Source of the DNA: Pirellulales bacterium
Lineage (GTDB): Bacteria > Planctomycetota > Planctomycetia > Pirellulales > JAEUIK01
Direction: 5' to 3'
Assembly (NCBI GenBank): GCA_019636335.1
Contig: JAHBXR010000001.1
Location: 298,712 to 362,711 of the forward strand
Length of the DNA: 64,000 nt
Shown one piece after another: positions 48,671 to 60,861 of this stretch. Each line of letters starts with the position of its first letter. Within the stretch, counting starts at the first letter, position 1. The position numbers and the translations under genes were made by a program. The notes below the pieces were generated by a model. It was not told the DNA's origin, made no database searches, and saw nothing but the letters and a program-made list of their open reading frames with translations.

Positions 48671-49014
48671 CACGGCACACTCTCGATCTATTCGGGCAGC
48701 GTCGGAGCCCCCGCAGGCCATCACGACGTATCAACAGCGCCGCCCAGTTGGCGTCACGGATGGAAGAAGGCCGAGGCCGCGCCTGGCCAACATTTCAACC
48801 CGCCGTAAAACGTGCGGCGGCCGACTGTCAGAGAACGGGAAGGATCCGCCCTGGGATGGCATCCGTGTCCAACCGGCGCGTATCTTAAGATCTTGCGCCC
48901 CAACGGGCAAGGGGACATGACACACGCCGCGCAGGCCGACGCGATTCTGCAGGGAGTGCGCCCGATCGGTCACGCCATGTTGGGCGTGCGCGGCCGAGCG
49001 CGAAGGCCCATCCG

Positions 49015-50187
49015 TTAGCGCTCTGAAGCACCTTCCGGCGAGGCCGCCTCGTCGCCGGCGGCCCAGGACTGGTGCTTCGCCTGGCGATACTCGACAAAGC
49101 GATCCGCAGCGATGGCTTCGCGCGCGTCGGCCATAACGCGTTGGTAATACGTGAGATTGTGCGCCGTGAGCAAAATCGGCCCCAGCATCTCGCCGGCCAT
49201 GAACAGGTGTCGCAGATAGCCGCGGCTGTGGCGGCAGGCGGGGCAGGGGCAGCCTTCTTCCAAGGGGCGATCGTCGCGCTGGTACTTCAAGTTGCGCAAC
49301 CGACGCACCCCCTGATCGGTGAAAGCCAGCGCGTTGCGGCCGTTGCGCGTGGGCATGACACAGTCGAACATGTCGATGCCGTGCCCGACCGCCTCGAGCA
49401 GATCCTCGGGCCGCCCCACTCCCATGAGGTAGCGTGGCTTATCCGCGGGCAGCGCCGCCACGGTGTGGGAGAGGATGTGGTACATCTCGTCGGGCGTCTC
49501 GCCGACGCTCAATCCGCCGACGGCGTAGCCATCGAACCCGATGGCCAACAGCTTCTCGGTGCATTGCAAACGAAGCTCGATGTCGAGCCCCCCCTGGACG
49601 ATGGCAAACTGCGCCTGTTCGGGACGGGAGGCCGCCTTGCGACAGCGTTCGGCCCAGCGGACGCTGCGTTGCATGGCCTCGGAGATTTTGTCGCGCGTGT
49701 TCGGGAGCGCGACCACATGGTCGAGCACCATCGCGATGTCGCTGCCCAGAGTTTCTTGGATCTTCACCGCACGTTCGGGGGAGAGCTCGACGACGCTGCC
49801 GTCGATGTGCGAGCGAAAGACGGCGCTCTGTTCGCTGATGCGCGCCCGCTGCGCGAGGCTGAAGATCTGAAAACCGCCACTGTCGGTCAGGATCGGCCCC
49901 GGCCAGCCCATGAAGGCGTGCAGTCCGCCGAGCTCGGCGACGATCTCCTCGCCCGGGCGGAGCGTGAGATGGTAGGTATTGCCCAGGATCATGTGCGCGC
50001 CGGTGGCGCTCAATTGATCGACGGTGATGCCTTTGACCGTGCCTTGCGTGCCCACGGGCATGAAGGCGGGCATCTCGACCGGGCCGTGGGACGTCTGTAG
50101 CGTCGAGCGGCGCGCGGCGCTGCCTGCATCGCGGTGGTGAACCGAAAAAGTAAAGTGGGCAGCGTTCATCGGGGTGGATCGACTCAT
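49015..50187 (-). CDS. tgt: queuine tRNA-ribosyltransferase
   Basis: [20 protein letters not shown]…LTDSGGFQ and the C-terminal CxCxxC-H zinc site (GCPCPACRH). Conserved tgt-yajC-secDF order. Confidence 0.95.
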   Translation of the reverse strand: MSRSTPMNAAHFTFSVHHRDAGSAARRSTLQTSHGPVEMPAFMPVGTQGTVKGITVDQLSATGAHMILGNTYHLTLRPGEEIVAELGGLHAFMGWPGPILTDSGGFQIFSLAQRARISEQSAVFRSHIDGSVVELSPERAVKIQETLGSDIAMVLDHVVALPNTRDKISEAMQRSVRWAERCRKAASRPEQAQFAIVQGGLDIELRLQCTEKLLAIGFDGYAVGGLSVGETPDEMYHILSHTVAALPADKPRYLMGVGRPEDLLEAVGHGIDMFDCVMPTRNGRNALAFTDQGVRRLRNLKYQRDDRPLEEGCPCPACRHSRGYLRHLFMAGEMLGPILLTAHNLTYYQRVMADAREAIAADRFVEYRQAKHQSWAAGDEAASPEGASER

Positions 50188-50193
50188 TCGATC

Positions 50194-51390
50194 CTAGCGG
50201 CGGGCCCGTTTGTGATGCAGCGGCACCCAGGCCCCCTTTTCATGGCTGCTCGTCACGCATTGCTGGATGAAGTACATCCCTTCGACGCCGTCGCTGACGT
50301 TCGGGTAGATCGTGTTCACGCGCTCGAAGGACTTGCCCGTGGCGCGCAGCGCCATGTCGTCGTAGGCAAAGCGATAGATATTCGCGAAGGCCTCGAAGAA
50401 GGCCTCGGGGTGGCCGCTCGGCAAGCGGCAGGCGGCACGGCCCGATTCGTTCATGTGTGGGGCGTTCGGGTCGCGCGTGTAGAGGGCGTGGGGCTGGCCG
50501 TTGCGGCGGAAGACCATCACGTTCGGCTCCTCCTGACGCCAGGTTAGCGAGCCCTTGGTGCCGTCGATCTCGATGGAGAGGTCGTTTTCGCGGCCGTGGG
50601 TAATCTGCGAGGCGGTGACCGTGCCCAGGGCGCCGTTCTCGAAGCGGATCACGGCGTGGCCGTAATCGTCGAGTTGCCGGCCCGATTCGAACGTCTTGAG
50701 GTGGCAGCTCACCGATTCGGGCAGTAGGCCGGTCATGTAGCGTGCCAGGTTGTAGGCGTGCGTGCCGATATCGCCAAAGCAGCCGGCGGCGCCACTCTTC
50801 GAGGGGTCGGTGCGCCAGCGGGCCTGCTTCTGGTCGTCGGTCTCGAGCCGCGTACGGAGCCAGCCCTGGATATAGTTCGAGCGGAAGGCGTTGATCTCGC
50901 CCAACTCGCCCGAGAGGATCATTTCGCGGGCTTGGCGGACCAGGGGATAGCCGGTGTAGTTGTGCGTGACGGCAAAGACGACGCCCGAGCGGTCGACCGC
51001 GTCGGCCAGCTTTTCGGCCTGAGCGAGATCGAACGTCATTGGTTTATCGCACATGACGTTGAAGCCCGCCTCGACGGCGGCCAGGGCGATGTCGTAGTGG
51101 GTGTGATTGGGCGTGGCGACCGAGAGGAAGTCGATCCGCCGGTCGTCACCGAGTTTCTTTTCGGACTCGATCAACTCCTGCACCGAGCCGTAGGCCCGCT
51201 CGGTGGGAATGTCGTAATCGGGGGCCGACGCCTTGGCCTTGGCGGGGTCGCTCGAGAGGGCGCCGGCGACCAAGGCGGCGCGGTTGTCGAGCACTGCGGC
51301 CGTGGCGTGGACGCGGCCAATGAACGCGCCCTGGCCGCCGCCGACCAGCGCCATGCGCAGTTTCCGATTGAGGGCTCCGTTGGTGGCCAT
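50194..51390 (-). CDS. Gfo/Idh/MocA-family oxidoreductase
   Basis: [18 protein letters not shown] Rossmann N-terminus and a Gfo/Idh/MocA C-terminal domain. Confidence 0.85.
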   Translation of the reverse strand: MATNGALNRKLRMALVGGGQGAFIGRVHATAAVLDNRAALVAGALSSDPAKAKASAPDYDIPTERAYGSVQELIESEKKLGDDRRIDFLSVATPNHTHYDIALAAVEAGFNVMCDKPMTFDLAQAEKLADAVDRSGVVFAVTHNYTGYPLVRQAREMILSGELGEINAFRSNYIQGWLRTRLETDDQKQARWRTDPSKSGAAGCFGDIGTHAYNLARYMTGLLPESVSCHLKTFESGRQLDDYGHAVIRFENGALGTVTASQITHGRENDLSIEIDGTKGSLTWRQEEPNVMVFRRNGQPHALYTRDPNAPHMNESGRAACRLPSGHPEAFFEAFANIYRFAYDDMALRATGKSFERVNTIYPNVSDGVEGMYFIQQCVTSSHEKGAWVPLHHKRARR

Positions 51391-51547
51391 CGCCTGATAC
51401 TCCTGTACTACGGGTGTTCGTTAGAAGGCGTCGCCGTAGTAGTCGATCTATCGATGAATGTCAGCTTGAGGATAGAGTCTTCTGGGTCGCATTTTTCGGA
51501 GAGCCACCTACTTCGTGCCTGACATTGAGCGATAGATCGACTAGTAG

Positions 51548-51666
51548 GTCAGGTACCCCGTACCTGACACCGTTCGGCACCGCCAGCTCAAAAGAGTATC
51601 AGGCACGAGGGCCTTGCGCAAGTGCGGCGTCAGTCTTTGGGGATTGTCAGGTACGGGATACCTGAC
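51548..51666. promoter_or_regulatory. two copies of a 21-bp perfect palindrome GTCAGGTAC-N3-GTACCTGAC plus extra CCTGAC half-sites
   Basis: gtcaggtaccccgtacctgac (51548-51568) and gtcaggtacgggatacctgac (51646-51666) are near reverse-complements of each other. Related half-sites cgtgcctgaca (51505) and atcaggcacga (51598). All lie in a ~900-bp non-coding, AT-richer gap. Confidence 0.5.
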
Positions 51667-52304
51667 GGGAGCTGTCCTGTTGTCACAAAGACTCGTCGAT
51701 TCGTTTTCCGATTCCAAACTCGCGACGCAGATCGTGATTTGTTTGTTCGGCCGGCTGAAATCGACCCTCATCAACGTCCTACAAACCCCGTCGAACGGTA
51801 TCATCAATGAACTGACAATCACGTGAGTCATGCCACAGCATGAGAAGCTCATCGAGTGATGCAGGATTATCACCTCCGCAAATCAATTCCAGGGCGAATT
51901 GGTGAAAGTCGGCAAGTTCGTTGCGAACATTGGACATGGAAGACACCCCTTCTGCGTAGTATGTTCAACCAATTCGGTTTGCCTTTGCAGGTGGTGTTTT
52001 ACAATACCCTATATGCATATGCGAACGAACCCCTACGAGCCGCCGAAAGTGGTGGAGCCGGAGCAAGGGGATCATGGCAGTGACTTCTCTGGTTGCCTGG
52101 TTGACTTCTTGGTTGTTGCAGTAGCTCTGGCAGCAATCACCCTGTTGTTCATTCTCGTGGGGGATCTGGGTGCAATGTGAGGATTCTGTGAAGCAGGCTG
52201 GTGCATAAGTTTGCACCAGGACATGGCCGCCGCACGCCGGGGCTGTCCCGCTCCTATCGTTCGCGTAAGATGACAGTGGCCCATCGGGTCTGGTCCGCGA
52301 GTGT

Positions 52305-54509
<2,205 letters not shown>

Positions 54510-54533
54510 TGCTCTCGCGGTGTGAACAGGCGC

Positions 54534-56117
54534 TCAATCGGCGTTCGCTTGCCGCAGCAGCTCTTGCCAGAATTCGCGTGCCTGCTCGTGGTATTCGAGC
54601 ACTTCCGCACGTTTGGCTTCGTCGGTCAGCTTGATGCGCTGCATGCGCTCGTCGATCCAGTCGAGGAAGAACTGCACGCTTTCGCGGCTGATGCGCCGCT
54701 GCTGATCGCCGATCTCGACGTAGTAGGGGCCAGTCGAAGCATAGCGGTAGGTCTCCGAGATGCTCGTGACGGCGCGGATCAAGAACCAGCCACTTTCTTT
54801 GACGATCAACGGGGGAAGACGTCCTTCGCGCTGGGCGAATTCATCGAGCCGGATCGATTGCACGACATTGCCGTTCTGTACGATCTCGAGATAGTCGATC
54901 GGGTCGCGCGTGGCCAGGTTCAGGGTGACGTCGAGCTCGAGCGTTTCCCCCTCTTCGGCCGTAAAGACGTGCCCCGGCAGCCTGCCGGCCACCACAGGAC
55001 GCAGCAGCGGTCCATTCGTCACGACGACGCGCCCCTTGCGGAAGGCCTCCCACCAGCCCTCGTAGGTGAGATCGCTGCCGGCGAAGACATAGACGCGGTT
55101 GTAGCCCACCGGATTGGGCAATACACCCGAGGCGCTGCCGGCCGACGGCGGAATGCGCAGCCCGCAGTTCAGGATGTGGTAGTAGATGTCGACCGACCAC
55201 TTGCCGTTGCCCAGTGGATCGGGATAGCGGCGTTTGTCTCGCGGCCGCCCCCAGGCTTCGTCCTTTTTCATCTCCGAGCGGCAGAGATGATTGTTCAACA
55301 GGCCGATCGAATCGACCTTGTCGCTGGCGAGCCAGACGGGCACATCCCACCAGAAGGGTTTCTCGATATCGATCCAGGCGTTTTCCTGACGGCGGGCTTC
55401 GAGCAGGAACTTCATCGGCGAGGGGTATTCCTGCTCGGCGGCAGAGATCTCGAGGGGCTGCGGCAGATTGAAGTACAGCAGCGCGCCGCCGGCTCGCTCG
55501 TCTTCGCCCCCCAAGACCTGATAGAAGCGATTGCCGTCGAAACGAACCACCGGATCTTTGGGGGGGCGTTTCGTTTGCCACTCGTTCTTGTCGTTCCACC
55601 AGGTGATGACGGGCGCCACGTGCAGGTCCTCGGCCTGCATGAGCAGTTCGATCTCTTTCAGCGACCGGTGAATGTGGAGATCGCCCGACCACCAACCTTC
55701 GTCGGCCATGTCGGCGATACGCTTGAGTTCGACCGTCTTGGCATCGTCGGCGTTGTCTTCGATAGCGAAATGACCGCTGACGCGGACATACTCCGGTCCG
55801 CGTTCGATCTCGAACTGGTATTGCCCGCGAGGCAGGTCGAGCGTGACGTGCCCTGGGATCACGACGTGGTCATGCCAGAAGGGGAGTCGCGCGATGCGCC
55901 GCACCTTGCCCGAGGCATTCTTCAGGTGCAAGCGGCAGGCAACCGGTCGGCCCGTCGCGGCGTCGACGACGGTCAACTCGAGCGTGCCCCCCTTGGCCCA
56001 GGCGGTCGATGCGGTGGCCAACAGGCAGAACAATGTCAGGGCGGCTACCCAACGGTCTCGGCTCAGCAGGCGCGGGCACGTCACAAGATCACCTTGCGCA
56101 TGGAAGAATCGGCTCAT
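54534..56117 (-). CDS. secreted CehA/McbA-family (PHP-like) metallohydrolase
   Basis: Signal peptide LTLFCLLATASTAWA. GDLHIHRS metal-binding motif typical of CehA/McbA/PHP hydrolases. Confidence 0.5.
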   Translation of the reverse strand: MSRFFHAQGDLVTCPRLLSRDRWVAALTLFCLLATASTAWAKGGTLELTVVDAATGRPVACRLHLKNASGKVRRIARLPFWHDHVVIPGHVTLDLPRGQYQFEIERGPEYVRVSGHFAIEDNADDAKTVELKRIADMADEGWWSGDLHIHRSLKEIELLMQAEDLHVAPVITWWNDKNEWQTKRPPKDPVVRFDGNRFYQVLGGEDERAGGALLYFNLPQPLEISAAEQEYPSPMKFLLEARRQENAWIDIEKPFWWDVPVWLASDKVDSIGLLNNHLCRSEMKKDEAWGRPRDKRRYPDPLGNGKWSVDIYYHILNCGLRIPPSAGSASGVLPNPVGYNRVYVFAGSDLTYEGWWEAFRKGRVVVTNGPLLRPVVAGRLPGHVFTAEEGETLELDVTLNLATRDPIDYLEIVQNGNVVQSIRLDEFAQREGRLPPLIVKESGWFLIRAVTSISETYRYASTGPYYVEIGDQQRRISRESVQFFLDWIDERMQRIKLTDEAKRAEVLEYHEQAREFWQELLRQANAD

Positions 56118-56177
56118 TCCTCCAGCATACGCTACAGATGCGTGAGGGTGCTCGGCGGCTGCAAAACCGTACTCCAG

Positions 56178-57827
56178 CTACCGTTCGTCCCCTTTGTCCG
56201 GCAAGCCGGCGCCCCCCGGGTCCAAGATGTTGCGAATCATGGCGGTCAGGACCTGGGGCGAGAACGGCTTCTGCAGCAATTGCCTGTTTTGTTCGCTCAC
56301 GCCATTGCGCAAGATCGCGTCGTTCGTGTAGCCCGTCATGTAGAGAACGCGTTTCGGATCGACCAGATAGGGGATCATCTGCTCGGCTACCTTTCGGCCG
56401 TTCATGTCAGGCATGACGATGTCGGTGAGCAGCAGGTCGAGCCTCTGCCCGAGCTCACTCGCGATGCGCAACGCCTCGGCCCCGCTGCCGGCCGCGATCA
56501 CGTGATAGCCGTGGGCCATGAGGAGTCGTTGCACAAGATCGCGCACGCCATCTTCGTCTTCGACCAGGAGGATGGTTTCGTGTCCTCGTTCGGAGATACG
56601 CTGCGGTTCTTCGCACGTCTCGATCGAGTTGCCTGCATGAAGGGGAAAGGCGAGCGTGAAGCTGGTGCCGTGCCCCATCTCGCTGGCGACGTGGATGCGG
56701 CCGCCACTCTGGGCCACGATGCCATATACGGTGGCGAGCCCCAAGCCGGTGCCATGCCCCAGCTCCTTCGTCGTGAAGAATGGCTCGAACATGCGCGAGC
56801 GTGTGGCCTCGTCCATGCCGCAGCCGGTGTCGGTTACCGATAGCGTGGCATAGTGCCCCTGCGGAAGCTCGGGAAAGCGGACGTCGGCACTACCTTCGCA
56901 GATCTCGAGCCGGCGCGTGACGATTTCCAGCAAGCCCCCCTGCGGCATGGCATCGCGGGCATTGATCGCCAGATTCATCAGGACTTGTTCGAGCTGACCC
57001 GGGTCGGCCAAGATGGAAAGCGCTGCATTGTCGAGCGAGAGCGCCAACGAGACATCCTCGCCGATCACCCGCTGCAGCATGCCGTGAATGCCCTGCGCGA
57101 CCCCATTGAGATCGACCACTTGCGGACGAAGCACTTGCTGCCGGCTGAATGCGAGGAGTTGCTTGGTGAGCGATGCGGCGCGCCGGGCGGCACTGTCGAT
57201 CTCGAGTACCGAATTGCGTCCCGGTTGCCCGAGCGACAACTCTTCGCCGAGCACGTCGCAGTAGCCGAGGATGATGGTCAGCATGTTGTTGAAATCGTGC
57301 GCGACGCCGCCGGCGAGCCGTCCCAGGGCTTCCATTTTTTGCGATTGACGATATTGGTCTTCGAGCAAATGAAGCTGGGTTTCGTCGAGGACGTAGCCCA
57401 GCAGTCGCTCAAGCTGTCCGGCGGTATCGCAAGTTGTCACGAGATTGGCACGCACGGTCAAAGGGGCGCCATCGGCGCGCCGGCAACGCAGTTGGCGGAG
57501 TGAAATACTTTCGCCGCGCCGTAGCGCCTCGGCGAGTGTCCAGCGATCCCCCTCGTCCTCCAGCAGGTCGCACAGGGACGCACCGTACAGGGACTCGTCG
57601 TTCGAGAAGCCAAACATACGGCGAAAGGCCGGATTCGTGGCAATTAACTTACCTTCGTCGTCGGCGATGAACACGCCGGTCATATCGTTCTCGAAGAGTT
57701 GGCGATATCGCTCTTCGCTTGCTCGTAGCGAGGTCTCTGCCTGTTTGAGGGGCGAGATGTCGGCGGCGATCGTGTTGGCGGCGGTGGTCCTGGCGGTCAT
57801 GAAAGACTCGAGTTCCTCGTCGGACAT
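56178..57827 (-). CDS. hybrid sensor histidine kinase (PAS-HisKA-HATPase-REC)
   Basis: PAS (LFENDMTGVFIADDEGKLIATNPAF), H-box GVAHDFNNMLTII, G-boxes (GHGTGLGLATV), C-terminal REC (LLVEDEDGVR…DIVMPDMNG). Confidence 0.9.
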   Translation of the reverse strand: MSDEELESFMTARTTAANTIAADISPLKQAETSLRASEERYRQLFENDMTGVFIADDEGKLIATNPAFRRMFGFSNDESLYGASLCDLLEDEGDRWTLAEALRRGESISLRQLRCRRADGAPLTVRANLVTTCDTAGQLERLLGYVLDETQLHLLEDQYRQSQKMEALGRLAGGVAHDFNNMLTIILGYCDVLGEELSLGQPGRNSVLEIDSAARRAASLTKQLLAFSRQQVLRPQVVDLNGVAQGIHGMLQRVIGEDVSLALSLDNAALSILADPGQLEQVLMNLAINARDAMPQGGLLEIVTRRLEICEGSADVRFPELPQGHYATLSVTDTGCGMDEATRSRMFEPFFTTKELGHGTGLGLATVYGIVAQSGGRIHVASEMGHGTSFTLAFPLHAGNSIETCEEPQRISERGHETILLVEDEDGVRDLVQRLLMAHGYHVIAAGSGAEALRIASELGQRLDLLLTDIVMPDMNGRKVAEQMIPYLVDPKRVLYMTGYTNDAILRNGVSEQNRQLLQKPFSPQVLTAMIRNILDPGGAGLPDKGDER

Positions 57828-57936
57828 CGTATGCTTACGAACGTGTGGGAGATGCGCAAGTCAGAGTCTGCGCCAGGCCGTTCCGTCCGCCAGGTTGTTT
57901 TCCCTCACGGCGGTCGAGTTGCGCGGGCAGCGGCGG

Positions 57937-59721
57937 TTAGTAAAACGACGTGGCGACCGCCGCGGCGAGTCGTCGTACCGACGGATCGCCTGACCGATCA
58001 TAGAGCAGCTTGCCGCAGTGTCGCAGCGCGGCATAACTTGCCGGCATGAAAAGTGCTTCGGCCCCGGCGAGGAGGGATTGGTTCGTGTGTTCGTCGGCGA
58101 TCAGCACGCGCGGCACGCTGCCGGCCAATCGCGCGAGTGCTTCTTCGGACCGCTCGCTGATGCCTCGGCAGCAGTTGACGAGCACCGGGCGTTGCTCTTC
58201 GGCCAACTGGACACGTTCGATCGGCACGTAGTGCCAGCCGAGCGAATCGAGGTAGTGCGGTACGACGTCATTGGTGGCCAGGCCGAGATTGCAGTAAGCG
58301 AAGGCGCGCCCCGGAACACCTACCGCGTCTTCGTTCGTCCGCGGCTTGAAATGTGGCAGCTTGCAGAGCGATTCGAGTTCCTGCAGATCGCGGCGAACCT
58401 CGTCGATCACCTGCGCGAGCGCATCGTGGCCGAGATACCGAAAGGCATCGATGGTGGGCAGATCGATCAGATCCCAACCTTCCCAGCGTCCCACGGCCAA
58501 CTCACCCAAGACGGCGGCGAATTTCAGCATTTCGACTTTGCTGCGCAGCGGCTCGGCGATCGAATTCAGCTCATCGAAACGCAAGTCGGCGTATCGCAAA
58601 GGAAGAAAAACGTCCTCTGGGATCGACCAGGTGGCGAGCAGATCGGCCATCGCCTGGCAGTCGGACTCGGGAAAGACGGCGCGTTCCTGCAGCGCGAGGG
58701 CCTGCCGCGTTGTCTGGCAGTGCAGAATCATCGTCTCGTATTCGCGTGGGTAAATCGTTCCCAGCACGATGCGCCCGAGTGGCCGCACGAGGGCCGAGAG
58801 AAACAAGCCTTCATCTTCGCCGCCGAGGGTGGTCTGCGAACTGATGCGCTCGATGACGAGACCGGCCGCCATGCTTCGCCGCCAGAAGAGGCTGACATCG
58901 ACCCAAGGGAGCACGCTCGACGTGAGGGTCGAGAGCGTGGAACTGGCCAGCGCCAACTCCCCCACGCGTTTGAAGCCGATGCGCACGACGGCGTCGCGCA
59001 GATCTTCGATCGGGGGGGAGTGCGGTCGACGGTAGAAGGCGCTATTCGCCATCTTCAATATCTCGACCGCCAAAGACGCATCGCGCACGAGGCAGGCCGT
59101 GAGCTTGTCGGCATCGATCTCGTCCTTGTTGGTCAGGTTGACGACCTCGATGGCCACTTTCGAGACGGGCAGGATTGTGGCGACATGGGCGAGTCGGCTC
59201 TGGAAATCCTCGCGATCGATCATGGTCGAGGAGGCGTCGTGGCCAGTACCTTGCTCGCGAGCATTGGTCGAGTTCGCCGGTCTGGTGCGATCCGACAATT
59301 TCGGTAGCGGTCCGTCGCTGGAGCGGCGATCCATCAGGGCGCGCAGCTTCGTAGCGAGTAGCGAATAGTTGATCGGTTTGAATTGGATATCGTCCACGCC
59401 GCGCTGCAGCAGATCTTTGGCCAATCGCGGTTCCAGGATGCCGGTCACCACCACCACGAGTGGACGCTGGGGACGCGACAGCAGGTCGGTGGCCAGGGCG
59501 TGTCCGTGGCGATTCGGCATGCGCAGGTCCGTGACCACGGCATCGAAGTGCGCCATCTGCAGCAGTTGATCGGCTTCGTCGCCATCGCATGCCGGTGTGC
59601 AGGCGATATGCAGGTTCTCGAGTGCCCGCATGATCAGCGATCGAATGGGCGGCTCGTCATCGACGACGAGGACGCGATAAAGGGAACCATTCATGGCAAC
59701 TACCCCTGGTACCGAGGACAT
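57937..59721 (-). CDS. response regulator with HDOD domain and additional C-terminal domain
   Basis: REC (VLVVDDEPPIR…DLRMPNRHG) followed by an HDOD-type region (…LVRDASLAVEILKMANSAFYRR…). Confidence 0.75.
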   Translation of the reverse strand: MSSVPGVVAMNGSLYRVLVVDDEPPIRSLIMRALENLHIACTPACDGDEADQLLQMAHFDAVVTDLRMPNRHGHALATDLLSRPQRPLVVVVTGILEPRLAKDLLQRGVDDIQFKPINYSLLATKLRALMDRRSSDGPLPKLSDRTRPANSTNAREQGTGHDASSTMIDREDFQSRLAHVATILPVSKVAIEVVNLTNKDEIDADKLTACLVRDASLAVEILKMANSAFYRRPHSPPIEDLRDAVVRIGFKRVGELALASSTLSTLTSSVLPWVDVSLFWRRSMAAGLVIERISSQTTLGGEDEGLFLSALVRPLGRIVLGTIYPREYETMILHCQTTRQALALQERAVFPESDCQAMADLLATWSIPEDVFLPLRYADLRFDELNSIAEPLRSKVEMLKFAAVLGELAVGRWEGWDLIDLPTIDAFRYLGHDALAQVIDEVRRDLQELESLCKLPHFKPRTNEDAVGVPGRAFAYCNLGLATNDVVPHYLDSLGWHYVPIERVQLAEEQRPVLVNCCRGISERSEEALARLAGSVPRVLIADEHTNQSLLAGAEALFMPASYAALRHCGKLLYDRSGDPSVRRLAAAVATSFY

Positions 59722-60265
59722 GGTTCGAGGAAAACGGACGGCAACGCGGTCGCAAGATGTCGCAAGGGAGCGAGCAAGGTGCAGGAAGTCTCCTTACCGA
59801 AAAACGAGCCTCGAGAAATCCGCAGGGCTCGTTGCTAAGAAGTGCGTCGCCCGCGAACTAGGGAAACGTAGCACTTCTCGACCGCCCGGCTGAGGAATTT
59901 GCGCCGTCATGCACCACGATTCTTCAACCGACGCGTCAAAACAGGGGTGATTCCCCTATTGCGCCTGACGGACGATCAATTGCCATGAATCGCATGCGCT
60001 AACCTGTGATTTGCGCGAGACCAACGTGAGCGTCTCGCATCCCCCTACTAGGGAAGCATCCAAGAGGGGATGCGACGGCGAGGAGCGAACAGGGGGATAT
60101 CCGCTGGCACGTGCCTTATCTCACCGGTGCAGGGGGAATCATGACCCGCGACATGGCAGAATTCCGCCCGCTGCGTTACATTAGCCGGAGCAGGCCCGCC
60201 GCCGAGGAGCGAACCCTTTCTTGGTGCGCGTGTCGCCAGAAGAACGGAGAAAATCTGGACCCGCC

Positions 60266-60859
60266 ATGATCCTTGTGATCGATAATTACGACTCGTTCAC
60301 CTACAACCTCGTCCAGCGGTTGGGGGAGATCGACTCGACGCTCGACGTTCAGGTCCATCGCAACGACCAGATCACGACCGATGAGATTGCCGCGAAGAAC
60401 CCTTCGCACTTGATCGTCTCGCCGGGGCCTTGCACGCCGCGCGAGGCGGGCATCAGTTGCGAGGTCATCGAACGCTTCGCGCCGACGGTTCCCTTGCTCG
60501 GTGTCTGTCTGGGGCACCAATCGATCGGGCATGCCTTCGGGGGCGATATCGTGCGGGCCGAGCGGCTTATGCATGGCAAGACCGATCAGATCTTCCACAA
60601 CAATTCGGGACTCTTCGAGGGGCTCGAGAATCCCATGATCGCTACCCGCTATCACAGCCTGGTAATTCGGCCGGGCACCTTGAGCGACGACTTCGACGTC
60701 TGCGCCTGGAGCGACGACGGCCAGGGAACGCGGGAGATCATGGCCATTCGTCACCGGAACTATCCCCTCTATGGATTGCAGTTTCATCCGGAAAGCTTTC
60801 TGACCGATCGCGGCACCGATCTGCTGCGACGTTTTCTGGCCGTCCGCGGCGGGCGCTAG
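60266..60859 (+). CDS. trpG: glutamine amidotransferase of anthranilate/aminodeoxychorismate synthase (TrpG/PabA)
   Basis: MILVIDNYDSFTYNLVQ…LGVCLGHQ…HSL…FHPES class-I GATase triad motifs. Confidence 0.9.
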   Translation: MILVIDNYDSFTYNLVQRLGEIDSTLDVQVHRNDQITTDEIAAKNPSHLIVSPGPCTPREAGISCEVIERFAPTVPLLGVCLGHQSIGHAFGGDIVRAERLMHGKTDQIFHNNSGLFEGLENPMIATRYHSLVIRPGTLSDDFDVCAWSDDGQGTREIMAIRHRNYPLYGLQFHPESFLTDRGTDLLRRFLAVRGGR

Positions 60860-60861
60860 CG

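Noticed and set aside
60221-60265. N-terminal 15-aa extension of trpG (MVRVSPEERRKSGPA)
   Set aside because: GATase TrpG/PabA proteins start at M(I/L)LxIDNYDSFT. The extension is probably untranslated leader.
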